Source: Candidatus Woesearchaeota archaeon (lineage in GTDB: Archaea; Nanobdellota; Nanobdellia; SCGC-AAA011-G17; CAYUTI01). Taken from it: DNA of 64,000 nucleotides. Positions 27,429-37,223 of this stretch are shown here, one piece after another. Location: contig CAYUTI010000003.1 in the NCBI GenBank assembly GCA_964447685.1, positions 7,026 to 71,025 on the forward strand. The letters run 5' to 3'. The first letter of the stretch is position 1. Every line of letters begins with the position of its first letter. Position numbers and translations under genes: made by a program. The notes beneath the pieces are model-generated. The model searched no databases, was not told where the DNA came from, and was given only the letters and a program-made list of their open reading frames with translations.

Positions 27429-27788
27429 TTATTCCTCCTTAGGATAAACTTTTTTTGTGATTTTTGAAAATGAAATTTTAACTTGTTGTGGGCCATCTAC
27501 ATGCATGTTAACAATTCTGCCTTCTTTTCTTATTTCTGTATACTCTATAATTTCTTTTGGTATTGAAACAGCATATGAATTACCAACCATTCTTAACTTA
27601 ACTTTGAAATCTTTTTCTTTAAGTTTTTTGAAGTCTTCATATTCTTTTTTGTCTTCAGGATCTACCCACCGCTCTTTACATTTAGGGCAAACTAAGGATT
27701 TTATTTCAAAGTTATCTTTAACTATGATTTCCTTTTGCATTTCCTTTTTGCACTTCGGGCACAAAACTGTAGTTTCGAATATGTTCAT
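27429..27788 (-). CDS. Zn-ribbon + AbrB/SpoVT-like swapped-hairpin DNA-binding protein
   Basis: CPKCK...CPKCK zinc ribbon, then VKLRMVGNSYAVSIPKEII matching the AbrB-N fold. Ends 2 bp before the cdc48 start. Confidence 0.5.
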   Translation of the reverse strand: MNIFETTVLCPKCKKEMQKEIIVKDNFEIKSLVCPKCKERWVDPEDKKEYEDFKKLKEKDFKVKLRMVGNSYAVSIPKEIIEYTEIRKEGRIVNMHVDGPQQVKISFSKITKKVYPKEE

Positions 27789-27857
27789 TTTCTGTATACA
27801 CAGTTAGTATATACAATTAGTATATAAAGGTTTCGGTCTGGAAATGTTTATTAAGTC

Positions 27858-28502
27858 ATGATTCTTGAGTATATTATGAAAACAGGTGCTCCAGATGTAG
27901 ATTCTGTAATTTCTTATTTAGATAATAAAATTAATATTATTTATGGGAAAAGTGCTACTGGAAAGACTACTTTATCTTTAATCTTTGCAATTTCTCAAGC
28001 TAAGGAAGGTAAGAAGGTATTGTTTTTTGATGTTGAAAACAGCTTTTCTGTTGAAAGGGTTGAACAGTTAGGGGGGAAAGAAGTTTTAGATAAGATTCTA
28101 GTTATGAAAGTTAAAGATTTTGATGAGCAGTGTAAAAAGATTTGTAGTTTAGAGAAATTAAAGAATATTAATACTGTAATAGTCGATACAATTGGAATAC
28201 ACTATAGAGATGCTATAAAAAAAGATTATAAATTGGCTAATTCAGAAATGAACAAACAAATGAAAGTTCTTAGTTATTTAGCCTCCAGAGGAGTTAATGT
28301 TTTAATTACTAATCAAGTTTATACTAACATTGATACTGGTGAAGTAAAGGTAGTTGGTGGGGGCATGATGGAAAACTTTGGAGATATGTTAATTGAATTG
28401 GTTCAAGGATATAAAAATCGAATTCTTAGAGTTCGTAAACCGGAGAATAAAGAGTTTGAGTTTGAAATTGTAAGCGAAGGTATAAGAAAGCTATATAAAT
28501 AA
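27858..28502 (+). CDS. radB: RadB-like RecA-superfamily ATPase
   Basis: 214 aa, Walker A YGKSATGKTT, Walker B-like VIVD; short RecA paralog architecture. Confidence 0.65.
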   Translation: MILEYIMKTGAPDVDSVISYLDNKINIIYGKSATGKTTLSLIFAISQAKEGKKVLFFDVENSFSVERVEQLGGKEVLDKILVMKVKDFDEQCKKICSLEKLKNINTVIVDTIGIHYRDAIKKDYKLANSEMNKQMKVLSYLASRGVNVLITNQVYTNIDTGEVKVVGGGMMENFGDMLIELVQGYKNRILRVRKPENKEFEFEIVSEGIRKLYK

Positions 28503-28521
28503 GTTAGATTAAATAAGAATT

Positions 28522-28998
28522 ATGAAAAAGATAATTTTAGTAACAATTTGTCTTTTAGTTATTTTTTGTGGATGTGGAGATGGTTCTGATTCTAGTAGCA
28601 GCTCTAAAAATGATCAAAAAGAATTTTTCTTACAGAAAGGTGTTCCAGAATCCTGTGTTGAAGAGTACCCTCAAATGGAAGAATGTCTTACTGAAGAAGC
28701 TGTTCAAGCAGGGGATATAGGTAAATGTGATTTGATTGTTTATATCTTCAAGGGACCTACTCAGACTTTTGAACAAGCCAAAGAAATGTTTAGCTCTAAT
28801 GTAGACGCGTGTATAATCCGAGTTGCGGAATCTGAAAAAGATGTTGATTTATGTGATGAAGTTGTAAAAGATTCCTTATTCAAAACATGTGTTCAAACTG
28901 TAGCTAAAGCTTCTGGTGATGAAAGTGACTGTCAAAAAATAAAGGAAAGACTACCAGATGCGAGCACCTTAGCTTGTGAAGCAGTTGCATCGTCTTAA
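28522..28998 (+). CDS. putative lipoprotein, Cys-rich
   Basis: Signal peptide with CGC lipobox-like motif; acidic Cys-containing domain. Confidence 0.4.
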   Translation: MKKIILVTICLLVIFCGCGDGSDSSSSSKNDQKEFFLQKGVPESCVEEYPQMEECLTEEAVQAGDIGKCDLIVYIFKGPTQTFEQAKEMFSSNVDACIIRVAESEKDVDLCDEVVKDSLFKTCVQTVAKASGDESDCQKIKERLPDASTLACEAVASS

Positions 28999-31206
28999 TT
29001 ATTTTTTCTTTTTTGTTTCTTTTTTAGCAGCTACAATTCTTTCAGTATAGAAACATTTAGGGAATTTAGAACAACCATAGAATGCACCATAAACAGAAGT
29101 TCTTAAAACTAGTTCTCCTTCTTTACATTTAGGACATTTTTCTCCAACTTTTTTAGCTAGTTTTCTTTCTGCTTTTTTAATAGGGCAGTCAGGATTTATA
29201 CAAACTATTTGGGGCCTTTTACCTTTTCTGATTACAGAAACCATTGGAAAACCACAGTGTTCACAAACTTTATCTGTAGATTTGATTAAAGATCTAGCAG
29301 GTAGAGAATAGGTTTTTTTACAGTCTTCATTGGTACAAGCTACAAAATATTGTTTATTCTTAGGAGAATACATTATTTTTAATCTGCCATTTTTACAGAT
29401 CTTACAAGGACCTAGATCAGATTCTTCTTCTCTGGTTTTAATATAAGTTTTTCTTAGTTCTTTACCAACTTTTTCTTCGTGTTTCTTGAAATCTTTAAGT
29501 ATTTTAGTTAGAAGTTTTTCAGCTTTTTCTAGAATTTGCTTTTCTTTGTATTTCTTCTCTCTAATCTGATCCATTTGCTTTTCGAAATCTCTTGTTAGTT
29601 CTTCATCTACTATTTCTGGTGAATATTTTTCTAATACAGAGATTGTTTCTAAACCTAAATCAGTAACTTTGATTGATTTTTCTTCGATATAACTTCTTTC
29701 ATATAAAGAATCTAAGATGTTTGCTCTAGTTGCTTTGGTTCCTAAATTTCTTTTTTCTAGTTCTTTAATAATAGAAGCAGGTGTAAATCTTTTTGGTGGT
29801 TGAGTCTCTTTTGCTAGTTGTTCTATCTTCTTAACTTTAACTTCATCTTGTTTTTGAACTTCTGGAAGAGTTTCTTCTTTTAGTTTTAGGAAAGAACCGT
29901 AGAGAGTGTGCCAACCTTTTTCTATTGTTCTGGTTCCTTTTGTTATGAATAGTTCTTTGTTAACATCAATTTCTAGAGTGATGGTTTCTCTTTTAGCTGG
30001 TTCTCCAAAGGTTGCTAAGAATCTGTGAACAATTAAATCATATAATCTCTTTTCCCGAGGATCTAGTTTCTTAGGAACTTCTCCTGTAGGATGTACAGCT
30101 GAGTGAGCTGGATCTGTTTTTGCTCCTTCATTAGGTCTTAAGTTATCTTTAGACAATAATCCTTCTGCTAATTTTTTAAAAGAAGGCTGTTTTGATAGGT
30201 TTTGGAGTATTTTTTTAAGATTTAAAGAGGGAGGTAATTTTTGTGATGATGTTCTCGGATATGAAATATATCCTGCGGTATAAAGCTCTTGAGCTAAAGC
30301 TTGAGTTTGTTTTGGTGAAAATCCTAAGGTTCTATAAGCTTCCATTTGTAATGAAGTTAAATCAAAGGGAGCAGGTGGAGCTTGGGTGAATTGTGAAGCT
30401 TTTACGTCTTTTATGAAAGCAGGTTTACCTTTTGTAGCTTTCATAACTTTATCTGCTTCTTTTTTGTCCCAGAACTTTTCTTTTTTATGTTGTGCTGTAA
30501 TAGTATTAGTTTTTATTTTTCCTTGAAGTTCTATTTCCCAAAAAGGTTTTGGTTTGAATTTTTTAATTTCTTTTTCTCTATCTGCTAATAATTTTAGAGC
30601 TGGACCTTGTACACGCCCTGCTGAAAGAATTTTGAACATTCCTGCCTTTTTTATTGCTACAGTTAATGCTCTTGAAATATTAATTCCCCACATGAAATCC
30701 ATGAAGTGTCTAGTTTCTCCTGCTTCTGCTTGTCCCCAATCTAAATGTTTTTGAGCTTTTTCATAAGATTCTATTAATTCATCTTTTGTTAATGTGGAAT
30801 ATTTCATTCTAGAAGCATCTTTTTGTTTACAAAGATATTTTATGATATTAAGCCCTATAACTTCTCCTTCAATATCATAGTCTGTTGCAACAATAAAATG
30901 ATCTGCTTGTTTGGATAGTTTTTCAATAACATCTAAGTAAGGTTTAGTATAAGCTGAAGCTTTTTTAGCTTCATAAGCAGGTTTCCAGGTTAAATCAAAA
31001 GTAGGATACTTCATTCCTTGCTTTTCTTTTTCAGTTACAGAGTATAAATGACCTACTGCACAAACCACTAAAATCTTCTTATTCTTGTGAGTTAGTTCAT
31101 AATAAGGTACTTTTCCGATAGTTAATTTTTTAGGTTTTTTATCTGCTAAAGCTGTTGCTATTTTTTGTGCGGCGCTTGGCTTCTCAGTAATTATTAATTG
31201 TACCAT
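28999..31206 (-). CDS. topA: DNA topoisomerase I (type IA) with C-terminal zinc ribbons
   Basis: TOPRIM N-terminus, active-site GYISYPRTSS, three C-terminal Cys4 ribbons. Confidence 0.9.
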   Translation of the reverse strand: MVQLIITEKPSAAQKIATALADKKPKKLTIGKVPYYELTHKNKKILVVCAVGHLYSVTEKEKQGMKYPTFDLTWKPAYEAKKASAYTKPYLDVIEKLSKQADHFIVATDYDIEGEVIGLNIIKYLCKQKDASRMKYSTLTKDELIESYEKAQKHLDWGQAEAGETRHFMDFMWGINISRALTVAIKKAGMFKILSAGRVQGPALKLLADREKEIKKFKPKPFWEIELQGKIKTNTITAQHKKEKFWDKKEADKVMKATKGKPAFIKDVKASQFTQAPPAPFDLTSLQMEAYRTLGFSPKQTQALAQELYTAGYISYPRTSSQKLPPSLNLKKILQNLSKQPSFKKLAEGLLSKDNLRPNEGAKTDPAHSAVHPTGEVPKKLDPREKRLYDLIVHRFLATFGEPAKRETITLEIDVNKELFITKGTRTIEKGWHTLYGSFLKLKEETLPEVQKQDEVKVKKIEQLAKETQPPKRFTPASIIKELEKRNLGTKATRANILDSLYERSYIEEKSIKVTDLGLETISVLEKYSPEIVDEELTRDFEKQMDQIREKKYKEKQILEKAEKLLTKILKDFKKHEEKVGKELRKTYIKTREEESDLGPCKICKNGRLKIMYSPKNKQYFVACTNEDCKKTYSLPARSLIKSTDKVCEHCGFPMVSVIRKGKRPQIVCINPDCPIKKAERKLAKKVGEKCPKCKEGELVLRTSVYGAFYGCSKFPKCFYTERIVAAKKETKKKK

Positions 31207-31259
31207 GAGAATTCGGTTATTTTTATAGGTTATTTAAATGTTTGGGTGGAATATATATT

Positions 31260-31862
31260 TTATATTTCAATGATTTTTCCATTTCTACCAACGTTAATAA
31301 CTTTAGTTTTACCTATTTTTTCTTCAATTCCTTCTGCTTCATGAACATGAGAACATAATAATAAATCAGGTTTTAGTTTCTTAATTGCTTTAGTTACACC
31401 TTGTGAGCCTTTGAAAAATGAAGTTAGTTTTTCCATCTTTGATTCTGCAGGATGAACATGAGTTACCATGATTTTTACTGGAGAATCTTTGATTTTTTCA
31501 TGACCTTTTTTTAAAGTTTGGAATATTTCTTCTTCTGAAAGTTGGAATAAACCAATATTTGCTGAGCCGCATCCGAAAAGCCCTAGATCTTTTAATTTGT
31601 AAGAATATCCATGAATGTTGGTTGCTCCGTATATTTCTGCTAGAGTGTTTGCAGTTGCTAAGGTTTCATGATTTCCTGGGATTAACAAAACTGGCTTTTT
31701 TAGTTTTGAGAAAGGTCCTACTAAATTCTCTATAGAGAGTTCGTGATGAGTGATATCTCCTGAGAAAACAACTAGGTCTACCTGTTCCTTTTCTGCTTTT
31801 TCAGCTAGAGATCTAGCTTTTGTTATATCTCCATGGAGGTCGCCTATTGCTAAGATTTTCAT
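31260..31862 (-). CDS. calcineurin-like metallophosphoesterase
   Basis: GDLHGD, GDITHHE and GNHE motifs. Confidence 0.75.
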   Translation of the reverse strand: MKILAIGDLHGDITKARSLAEKAEKEQVDLVVFSGDITHHELSIENLVGPFSKLKKPVLLIPGNHETLATANTLAEIYGATNIHGYSYKLKDLGLFGCGSANIGLFQLSEEEIFQTLKKGHEKIKDSPVKIMVTHVHPAESKMEKLTSFFKGSQGVTKAIKKLKPDLLLCSHVHEAEGIEEKIGKTKVINVGRNGKIIEI

Positions 31863-31911
31863 AGAAATAAAGTATATACTGCAGTATATAAGTGTTTTTG
31901 TTAGTGAAAAA

Positions 31912-33192
31912 TTAAGCTTTTTTAATTACCTTCTTTCCACCCATATACTTTTGTAGAACAGTTGGAATCTTAATTGAACCATCTTTTTGTTGATAGTTTT
32001 CTAGAATTGCAACCATAATACGAGAAGTTGCTACCGCAGTATTATTTAATGAATGTAAAATATATTTCTCTCCCTTCTTGTTCATGCCTTTAATGTTAAG
32101 AGGTCTAGTCTGATAATCAGTACAATTAGACAAGGACATGGTTTCTCCATATTCTTCAGTAGTTGGTCTATAAACTTCAACATCTTCTGACTTTGCTTTC
32201 CAGTCTCCTAAATCTCCAGTACAACATTCAATGATTCTGTAGGGTAATTTAAGTTTTTTAACAATCTCTTCGGTGTTTTTCTTTAGTTCATCATAGAATT
32301 TCCATGAATCTTCGGGTTTACAAAATATAAATTGTTCTACTTTGTTGAATTGGTGTGTTCTCCACAAACCTTTCTCGTTAATACCATGAGATCCAATCTC
32401 CTTTCTGAAACACATTGAGTATCCAAAGAATTTTAGAGGTAGTTGTTCTTCTGGAATTGCTCTATCGGTTAGCATTCCTAGGATAGCATGTTCTGCGGTA
32501 GGTATCATGTAAGCATCTTCTCCTTCAATTTTATATAATGCAGTTTCAAATGCAGTTAAGTCACCTGCAGCTGCAGCTACTTTTCTTGAAACCATTAGAG
32601 GTGGTTCGATATAAGTGTATTTTTTCTTATGCATAAAATCAATTGTAAACTGGATCAGAGCTTGATTCAATAATCCTAAGTCACCTTTCAAATAATAAAA
32701 GCCATTACCTGCTACTTTTGCTGAAGCATCAAAGTCCACTAAGTTTAAGTCTTCCATCAATTCAACATGGTTCTTCACTGGAAATTTAAATGGGGTAGGT
32801 TTGCCTTCTTTTTTTCTTACTACATTTTCAGAATCGTCTTTTCCTTTTGGAACAGAAGGATGCATAATGTTAGGTATTGCTTGTAAGTACTTTTGAATAT
32901 TATTTTGTAATTCTTCTTGTTTGTATTCTATTTCTTTAATCTGATTAGGTATGTCTTTAGCTTCTTTTAATAACTTGTTAACGTCTTTACCTTGTTTCTT
33001 AGCTTTTGCAACTTCTTGAGAGAGTGTATTTCTTTTGTGACGAAGTTCTTGAGATTTTTGCATTAAATTTCTCAATTCTTTATCCTCTTTAATCAAAGAA
33101 TCTACATAAGCAAGCTTTGCTAATTGATCTTTCTTTTTAATGTTCTCTTTAACTTTGTCTGGATTCTCTCGGATAAAATTTATATCTAACAT
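31912..33192 (-). CDS. serS: seryl-tRNA synthetase
   Basis: N-terminal coiled-coil arm plus class II core motifs. Likely start MLDINFIRENP. Confidence 0.9.
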   Translation of the reverse strand: MLDINFIRENPDKVKENIKKKDQLAKLAYVDSLIKEDKELRNLMQKSQELRHKRNTLSQEVAKAKKQGKDVNKLLKEAKDIPNQIKEIEYKQEELQNNIQKYLQAIPNIMHPSVPKGKDDSENVVRKKEGKPTPFKFPVKNHVELMEDLNLVDFDASAKVAGNGFYYLKGDLGLLNQALIQFTIDFMHKKKYTYIEPPLMVSRKVAAAAGDLTAFETALYKIEGEDAYMIPTAEHAILGMLTDRAIPEEQLPLKFFGYSMCFRKEIGSHGINEKGLWRTHQFNKVEQFIFCKPEDSWKFYDELKKNTEEIVKKLKLPYRIIECCTGDLGDWKAKSEDVEVYRPTTEEYGETMSLSNCTDYQTRPLNIKGMNKKGEKYILHSLNNTAVATSRIMVAILENYQQKDGSIKIPTVLQKYMGGKKVIKKA

Positions 33193-33372
33193 AGAACACA
33201 ACCTATATAACAAAATATATAAACCTTACTAATATTGTTTAGAAAATCTGAGTAACGAAAGCTTTTTAAACACAGGATTGTAAAAAGTATATTGAAAAGC
33301 AAACATTTAAATATTTGCGATGGATTGTATATATTCAAGACAAGAAATTTTGAGGTGTGAAGGGGGATTACC

Positions 33373-33642
33373 ATGAAGAAAAAAGATATATTTGAGGTGT
33401 TTTTTAGAAGAAAGCCAGCAATGATTCTAGTGGCACTTAGAAAAAATGCTAAAAATAGATATGGCAGTGTTCTAGCAAAAGAAGTTGACTGTACTTATTC
33501 ACATGCTGTTAAGATTCTACAAGAAATGGAAAAAGCTAAATTAGTTGCTTTTGAAAAACAAGGTAGAATAAAAACAATCAAACTTACAGATGCAGGAAAT
33601 ACTGTTGCAGAGAATATAGAAAAGATAAAGTCTTTGTTGTAA
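33373..33642 (+). CDS. small winged-helix transcriptional regulator
   Basis: 89 aa; SVLAKEVDCTYSHAVKILQEMEKAKLV helix-turn-helix followed by a wing. Confidence 0.5.
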   Translation: MKKKDIFEVFFRRKPAMILVALRKNAKNRYGSVLAKEVDCTYSHAVKILQEMEKAKLVAFEKQGRIKTIKLTDAGNTVAENIEKIKSLL

Positions 33643-33674
33643 AAATTGTTTTAGAAGAGGTGATTTTTTTATTT

Positions 33675-34010
33675 TTAAGGATTTTCAAGGGTACTAAGTT
33701 TTTTATCTAATGTTTCCGTGTCACCCCTAATTTGATTCATGTCATTTCTTACTTCATCAAGATCTCTATGGGTGAAAGAGAGTGCACTTTCTACTTTAAT
33801 TAAATCATTTTGTAATTGTCTAATATTATTCGAAGTTTTTTTAACATGGTAAGCTAAGATACCTGTTGAAAGTGTAGCTAAAGCTGTAAAGGTTAGAATA
33901 CTATACTTAATCCAGGGGTGATAATCCCGAGGTTGTTTAATCTCTTCTGATTGGTACATGAGATAGTTAGAATTGAGAATCAGTTTATAAGCATTATTGT
34001 TATGCATCAA
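33675..34010 (-). CDS. hypothetical membrane protein with a coiled coil
   Basis: TM helix (ILTFTALATLSTGILAY) and a coiled-coil tail. Confidence 0.35.
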   Translation of the reverse strand: MMHNNNAYKLILNSNYLMYQSEEIKQPRDYHPWIKYSILTFTALATLSTGILAYHVKKTSNNIRQLQNDLIKVESALSFTHRDLDEVRNDMNQIRGDTETLDKKLSTLENP

Positions 34011-34896
34011 ACAAGTCTGTACTCAAATATTTCTCACCACGATCAGGAAAGATTACAACTATGTTTCCAGAATCAATTTTGTTAGCAATTTTTAGAGCAG
34101 CATACATTGCAGCACCTGAACTTGACCCTACAAAGATGCCTTCTTTTTTCGCTATATCTCTAGTGACTTTGTAAGCATCCTCTGATTCTACCATAATAGA
34201 TTCATCTATTTTAGAAGGTTCATATATAGAAGGAACAATTGCTTCATCCATATTTTTAAGACCTTGAATATAGTGTCCTTTTACTGGATGGGCTTCAACT
34301 ATTTTTATTTTTGGATTATTCTCCTTCAAAGCTTTACCTACCCCCATGATAGTTCCTGATGTTCCAATTGCAGATACAAAATAATCGATTTTGCCATTTG
34401 TTTGTTTCCAAATTTCTTCTGCAGTTGTTTTGTAATGAGCCATTTTGTTGTATCTATTGGAGAATTGATCAGGCATGAAATATTTATCAGGAGATTCTTT
34501 CACTAAAGAACGTGCTTTTCTAATTGCTCCATCTGTGCCTTCTTCTTTAGGAGTTAAGATTACTTTTGCCCCTAAAGCTTTAAGCATTTTTCTTCTTTCA
34601 ACAGAAACTGCTTCGGACATTACAATTTCTATTTTGTAACCTTTAACTGCTGCGACCATTGCTAAACCGATTCCAGTATTTCCTGAAGTAGGTTCAATGA
34701 TTGTTTTTTCTTTTGTTAAAGAACCAGAAGTCTCAGCATGTTCAATCATCTTTAAAGCAATTCTGTCTTTGATAGAACCTGAAGGATTAAAACCTTCTAA
34801 TTTAGCAAAAATATTAACATTTTTATTAGTATGTAATTTGTTTATCCTTACTAAAGGTGTGTCCCCGATTGTCTGCAATATGTTTTCGTTTATCAT
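34000..34896 (-). CDS. cysK: PLP-dependent cysteine synthase / cystathionine beta-synthase family enzyme
   Basis: PLP-lysine motif SGSIKDR, GxSGG-type motifs; fold-type II PLP enzyme. Start set at MINENIL to avoid the tRNA. Confidence 0.8.
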   Translation of the reverse strand: MINENILQTIGDTPLVRINKLHTNKNVNIFAKLEGFNPSGSIKDRIALKMIEHAETSGSLTKEKTIIEPTSGNTGIGLAMVAAVKGYKIEIVMSEAVSVERRKMLKALGAKVILTPKEEGTDGAIRKARSLVKESPDKYFMPDQFSNRYNKMAHYKTTAEEIWKQTNGKIDYFVSAIGTSGTIMGVGKALKENNPKIKIVEAHPVKGHYIQGLKNMDEAIVPSIYEPSKIDESIMVESEDAYKVTRDIAKKEGIFVGSSSGAAMYAALKIANKIDSGNIVVIFPDRGEKYLSTDLFDA

Positions 34897-34904
34897 CTTT
34901 AAAA

Positions 34905-34980
34905 TGGGCCCGAGGGGATTTGAACCCCCAACCACCCGATTAAGAGTCGGGTGCTATAAACCAGGTTAAGCCACGAGCCC
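34905..34980 (-). tRNA. tRNA-Lys (anticodon CUU), CCA encoded
   Basis: Minus-strand sequence GGGCTCGTGGCTTAACCTGGTTTATAGCACCCGACTCTTAATCGGGTGGTTGGGGGTTCAAATCCCCTCGGGCCCA folds as a cloverleaf: 7-bp acceptor stem, anticodon stem CCCGA/TCGGG with loop CTCTTAA, T-loop TTCAAAT. Confidence 0.8.
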
Positions 34981-35065
34981 ATAGGTTATCCAAGGAAAAT
35001 ACTATTTAAAAAGTTATTGATATAGTGTAATTAATTTTAAATACTTCTAATTTCTTTATCTATTC

Positions 35066-35467
35066 ATGAAAACAGTAAACATTAAAATAAAAGAGGCTAG
35101 AGTCGCTGAATTTTATACTAAAACCTTTCTTATTACCTTAGAGATAATATATGATTGTAATGGCCAAGAGAAAAAGTTAGTGAAGGATACTTTCTTAAGA
35201 AATTTAGAAGTCTTTATTCCTGAGCTTATTAAAGAGATAAGAGAAAAAGAAAAACAAGAAAATGATAATGATGAAGGAGACCATATATTGGATGGTTTTA
35301 CAATTGTAAACATGGGAGATACTGAAGTAGTAGAAAATAAATTAGGTCATTTCTTAGGTAAAGTTAAAGACTCTATGAATGCAATAAAACAACATGGAAG
35401 TGCTACAGGTTATCTTAATAAGGTAAGTTCCATAAGAGGGATGGAAGTAAAATTGAATGTTAGATAG
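35066..35467 (+). CDS. hypothetical protein
   Basis: 133-aa ORF, first gene of the accessory region next to the tRNA. Confidence 0.4.
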   Translation: MKTVNIKIKEARVAEFYTKTFLITLEIIYDCNGQEKKLVKDTFLRNLEVFIPELIKEIREKEKQENDNDEGDHILDGFTIVNMGDTEVVENKLGHFLGKVKDSMNAIKQHGSATGYLNKVSSIRGMEVKLNVR

Positions 35468-35503
35468 AGTAAGCTTTATAAGTATTAAAATAAACAGAAA
35501 TTT

Positions 35504-35806
35504 ATGGAACCTGTGTTAATTGCTATAATAATTGTAATTATTCTATTGATTGTTTTTATAATTAAAAAGATGATTAAGATAGGTTTAGTTCTAGGAATAA
35601 TTTTTATTATCTTATTAATTATGTATCCTAGAGAGTGTGGGTACCATTTAGATAATGAAATTAAAGAGTGTGGGTGTACTGGTTTTTTAAGAGAAGGAGA
35701 AAGATTTAATTTATGTTACGGTTTCTGTAAGAACGATTGTTTGTGTCAAGAGGTAAATATAACTTCAGGCAATATTACGGAGGTAGAATGCGGAAATATC
35801 ATTTAA
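35504..35806 (+). CDS. small membrane protein with a Cys-rich tail
   Basis: Two TM helices followed by CGYH...CGC...C...C..C.C. Confidence 0.35.
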   Translation: MEPVLIAIIIVIILLIVFIIKKMIKIGLVLGIIFIILLIMYPRECGYHLDNEIKECGCTGFLREGERFNLCYGFCKNDCLCQEVNITSGNITEVECGNII

Positions 35807-36396
35807 TATTCTTCTTTGTTGTATTAATGGGTTCAATAGTATCAGCAGCACAGGAGTGTGATTATGGGGCATGTGATGATTTAGGAAAAGTTCTAGAGAG
35901 AAATATTTGTATTAAATTAGGAGCTAAATTATATATTGCTGATAAGAAATGTACTAGTTATGGTTGTATCAATTATGTTCAAAACAGAGTAGTTAAATGT
36001 TGTTATGATTCTGACTGTAAGAGTGGAGGGTTTTGTGTTGATGGAGAGTGTGTTATTGAAAGTTGTATAGAAGGGGAGAAGATATGTAGAGATGGAAACT
36101 CTTTGATGTGTATAAATGGAGAATATAATATTGTAGAGTATTGTGATGAAGGATGCTTAAGTGGTGAGTGTTCGGAAGGTTTAGAAAAAAGAGGAATGAG
36201 TTTAATCACTAAAATTTTAATTGGTGGTTCTATTATTCCTGCGATTTTAATTTTAATTCTTGTCTTTGGTTGGATAATAAGTAAATTAACACCAAATGAA
36301 GAAAAAAGATATAAAAATAGATGTGTTAAGTGTGATGCTAAAATTAGACCTGGACAAGAGAAGTGTAAGAAGTGTGGAAAGGTTTTGAAACAGTAA
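35788..36396 (+). CDS. Cys-rich secreted/membrane protein with a C-terminal TM and zinc ribbon
   Basis: Signal peptide, ~20 Cys, TM (ILIGGSIIPAILILILVFGWII), then CVKCDAKIRPGQEKCKKCG ribbon. Confidence 0.45.
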   Translation: MRKYHLIFFFVVLMGSIVSAAQECDYGACDDLGKVLERNICIKLGAKLYIADKKCTSYGCINYVQNRVVKCCYDSDCKSGGFCVDGECVIESCIEGEKICRDGNSLMCINGEYNIVEYCDEGCLSGECSEGLEKRGMSLITKILIGGSIIPAILILILVFGWIISKLTPNEEKRYKNRCVKCDAKIRPGQEKCKKCGKVLKQ

Positions 36397-36428
36397 AGTT
36401 TATAAGTTAAAAGTGTATTTCTAAAACT

Positions 36429-37223
36429 ATGGAAAATTTGTTACAAGCAAATGTAAATAAAGTTTTCAAGTTGTGTGGGTTTGAAACCAAACTTAATGAA
36501 AAAATAAAGGGGTATGATATCAGTGTTCTCGCTACAAGTGATAGATATGATCTAAAGGTTGCTGCAATATGTATAAGTAGATCTCAATTAGATCCAAAGA
36601 GTTTAATCCACATGTGGAGTAGCCAAGGTGAAGAGATTAAAGCAGATAAAGTTCTTTTAGTGTTTTATGAATCCAAGATTGGAAAAGAGGAAAAAGCTTT
36701 AGCAGAGAATAAAGGTGTTGTAGTTTGGAATAGCGAAGATTTACAAAGAAATTTAGATATTGCGATTGATAAAAGAGAAGGCGCATTTGAAAATATTTTA
36801 AGTTCATTAGGTGTCAAATTAGAAAAAAAGATTGCTGTTACTAAAAAGAAAGCAATGGATGAAATTGCTAAAGATGAAAGAAGAGATAAAAGATTAAAGT
36901 TGTTAGGTGGAGAGTCTAAGAAAGAAGAAGTTGTTAGTGAAAAACTCACTCCTGAAAAAGCAAGATATGGAGAAGTTTTAAGATATAGACATTTACATTT
37001 CTATCATACTCTAAGTTTAATTGTTATGATTATGGGTGTTTTATTTGGTGGATTAGCTTATTATTTAAATCATAGTAACTTTGTATTTGTATATATAGGA
37101 TTAGGTATCTTAATTATTAGTGGAATGTTATTCCTTGTCGTTTTAAACAAGCTAGCGGATATGAAAGCTAGATATCCTCATATTGTTGAAGAGGATAAGA
37201 ATTATTGTGAACGTGGTATGTGA
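36429..37223 (+). CDS. hypothetical protein with an N-terminal restriction-endonuclease-like region and C-terminal TM helices
   Basis: 264 aa; possible D...D-x-K nuclease-fold core (GYDISV...DLKVAAI); two C-terminal TM segments. Confidence 0.35.
   Translation: MENLLQANVNKVFKLCGFETKLNEKIKGYDISVLATSDRYDLKVAAICISRSQLDPKSLIHMWSSQGEEIKADKVLLVFYESKIGKEEKALAENKGVVVWNSEDLQRNLDIAIDKREGAFENILSSLGVKLEKKIAVTKKKAMDEIAKDERRDKRLKLLGGESKKEEVVSEKLTPEKARYGEVLRYRHLHFYHTLSLIVMIMGVLFGGLAYYLNHSNFVFVYIGLGILIISGMLFLVVLNKLADMKARYPHIVEEDKNYCERGM

Noticed and set aside
35113-35313. Minus-strand 66-aa ORF inside 35066-35467, and similar short antisense ORFs (36003-36209, 36665-36949, 56319-56507, 59597-60166)
   Set aside because: All are embedded antisense in longer ORFs and translate to low-complexity S/F/L/I-rich peptides.
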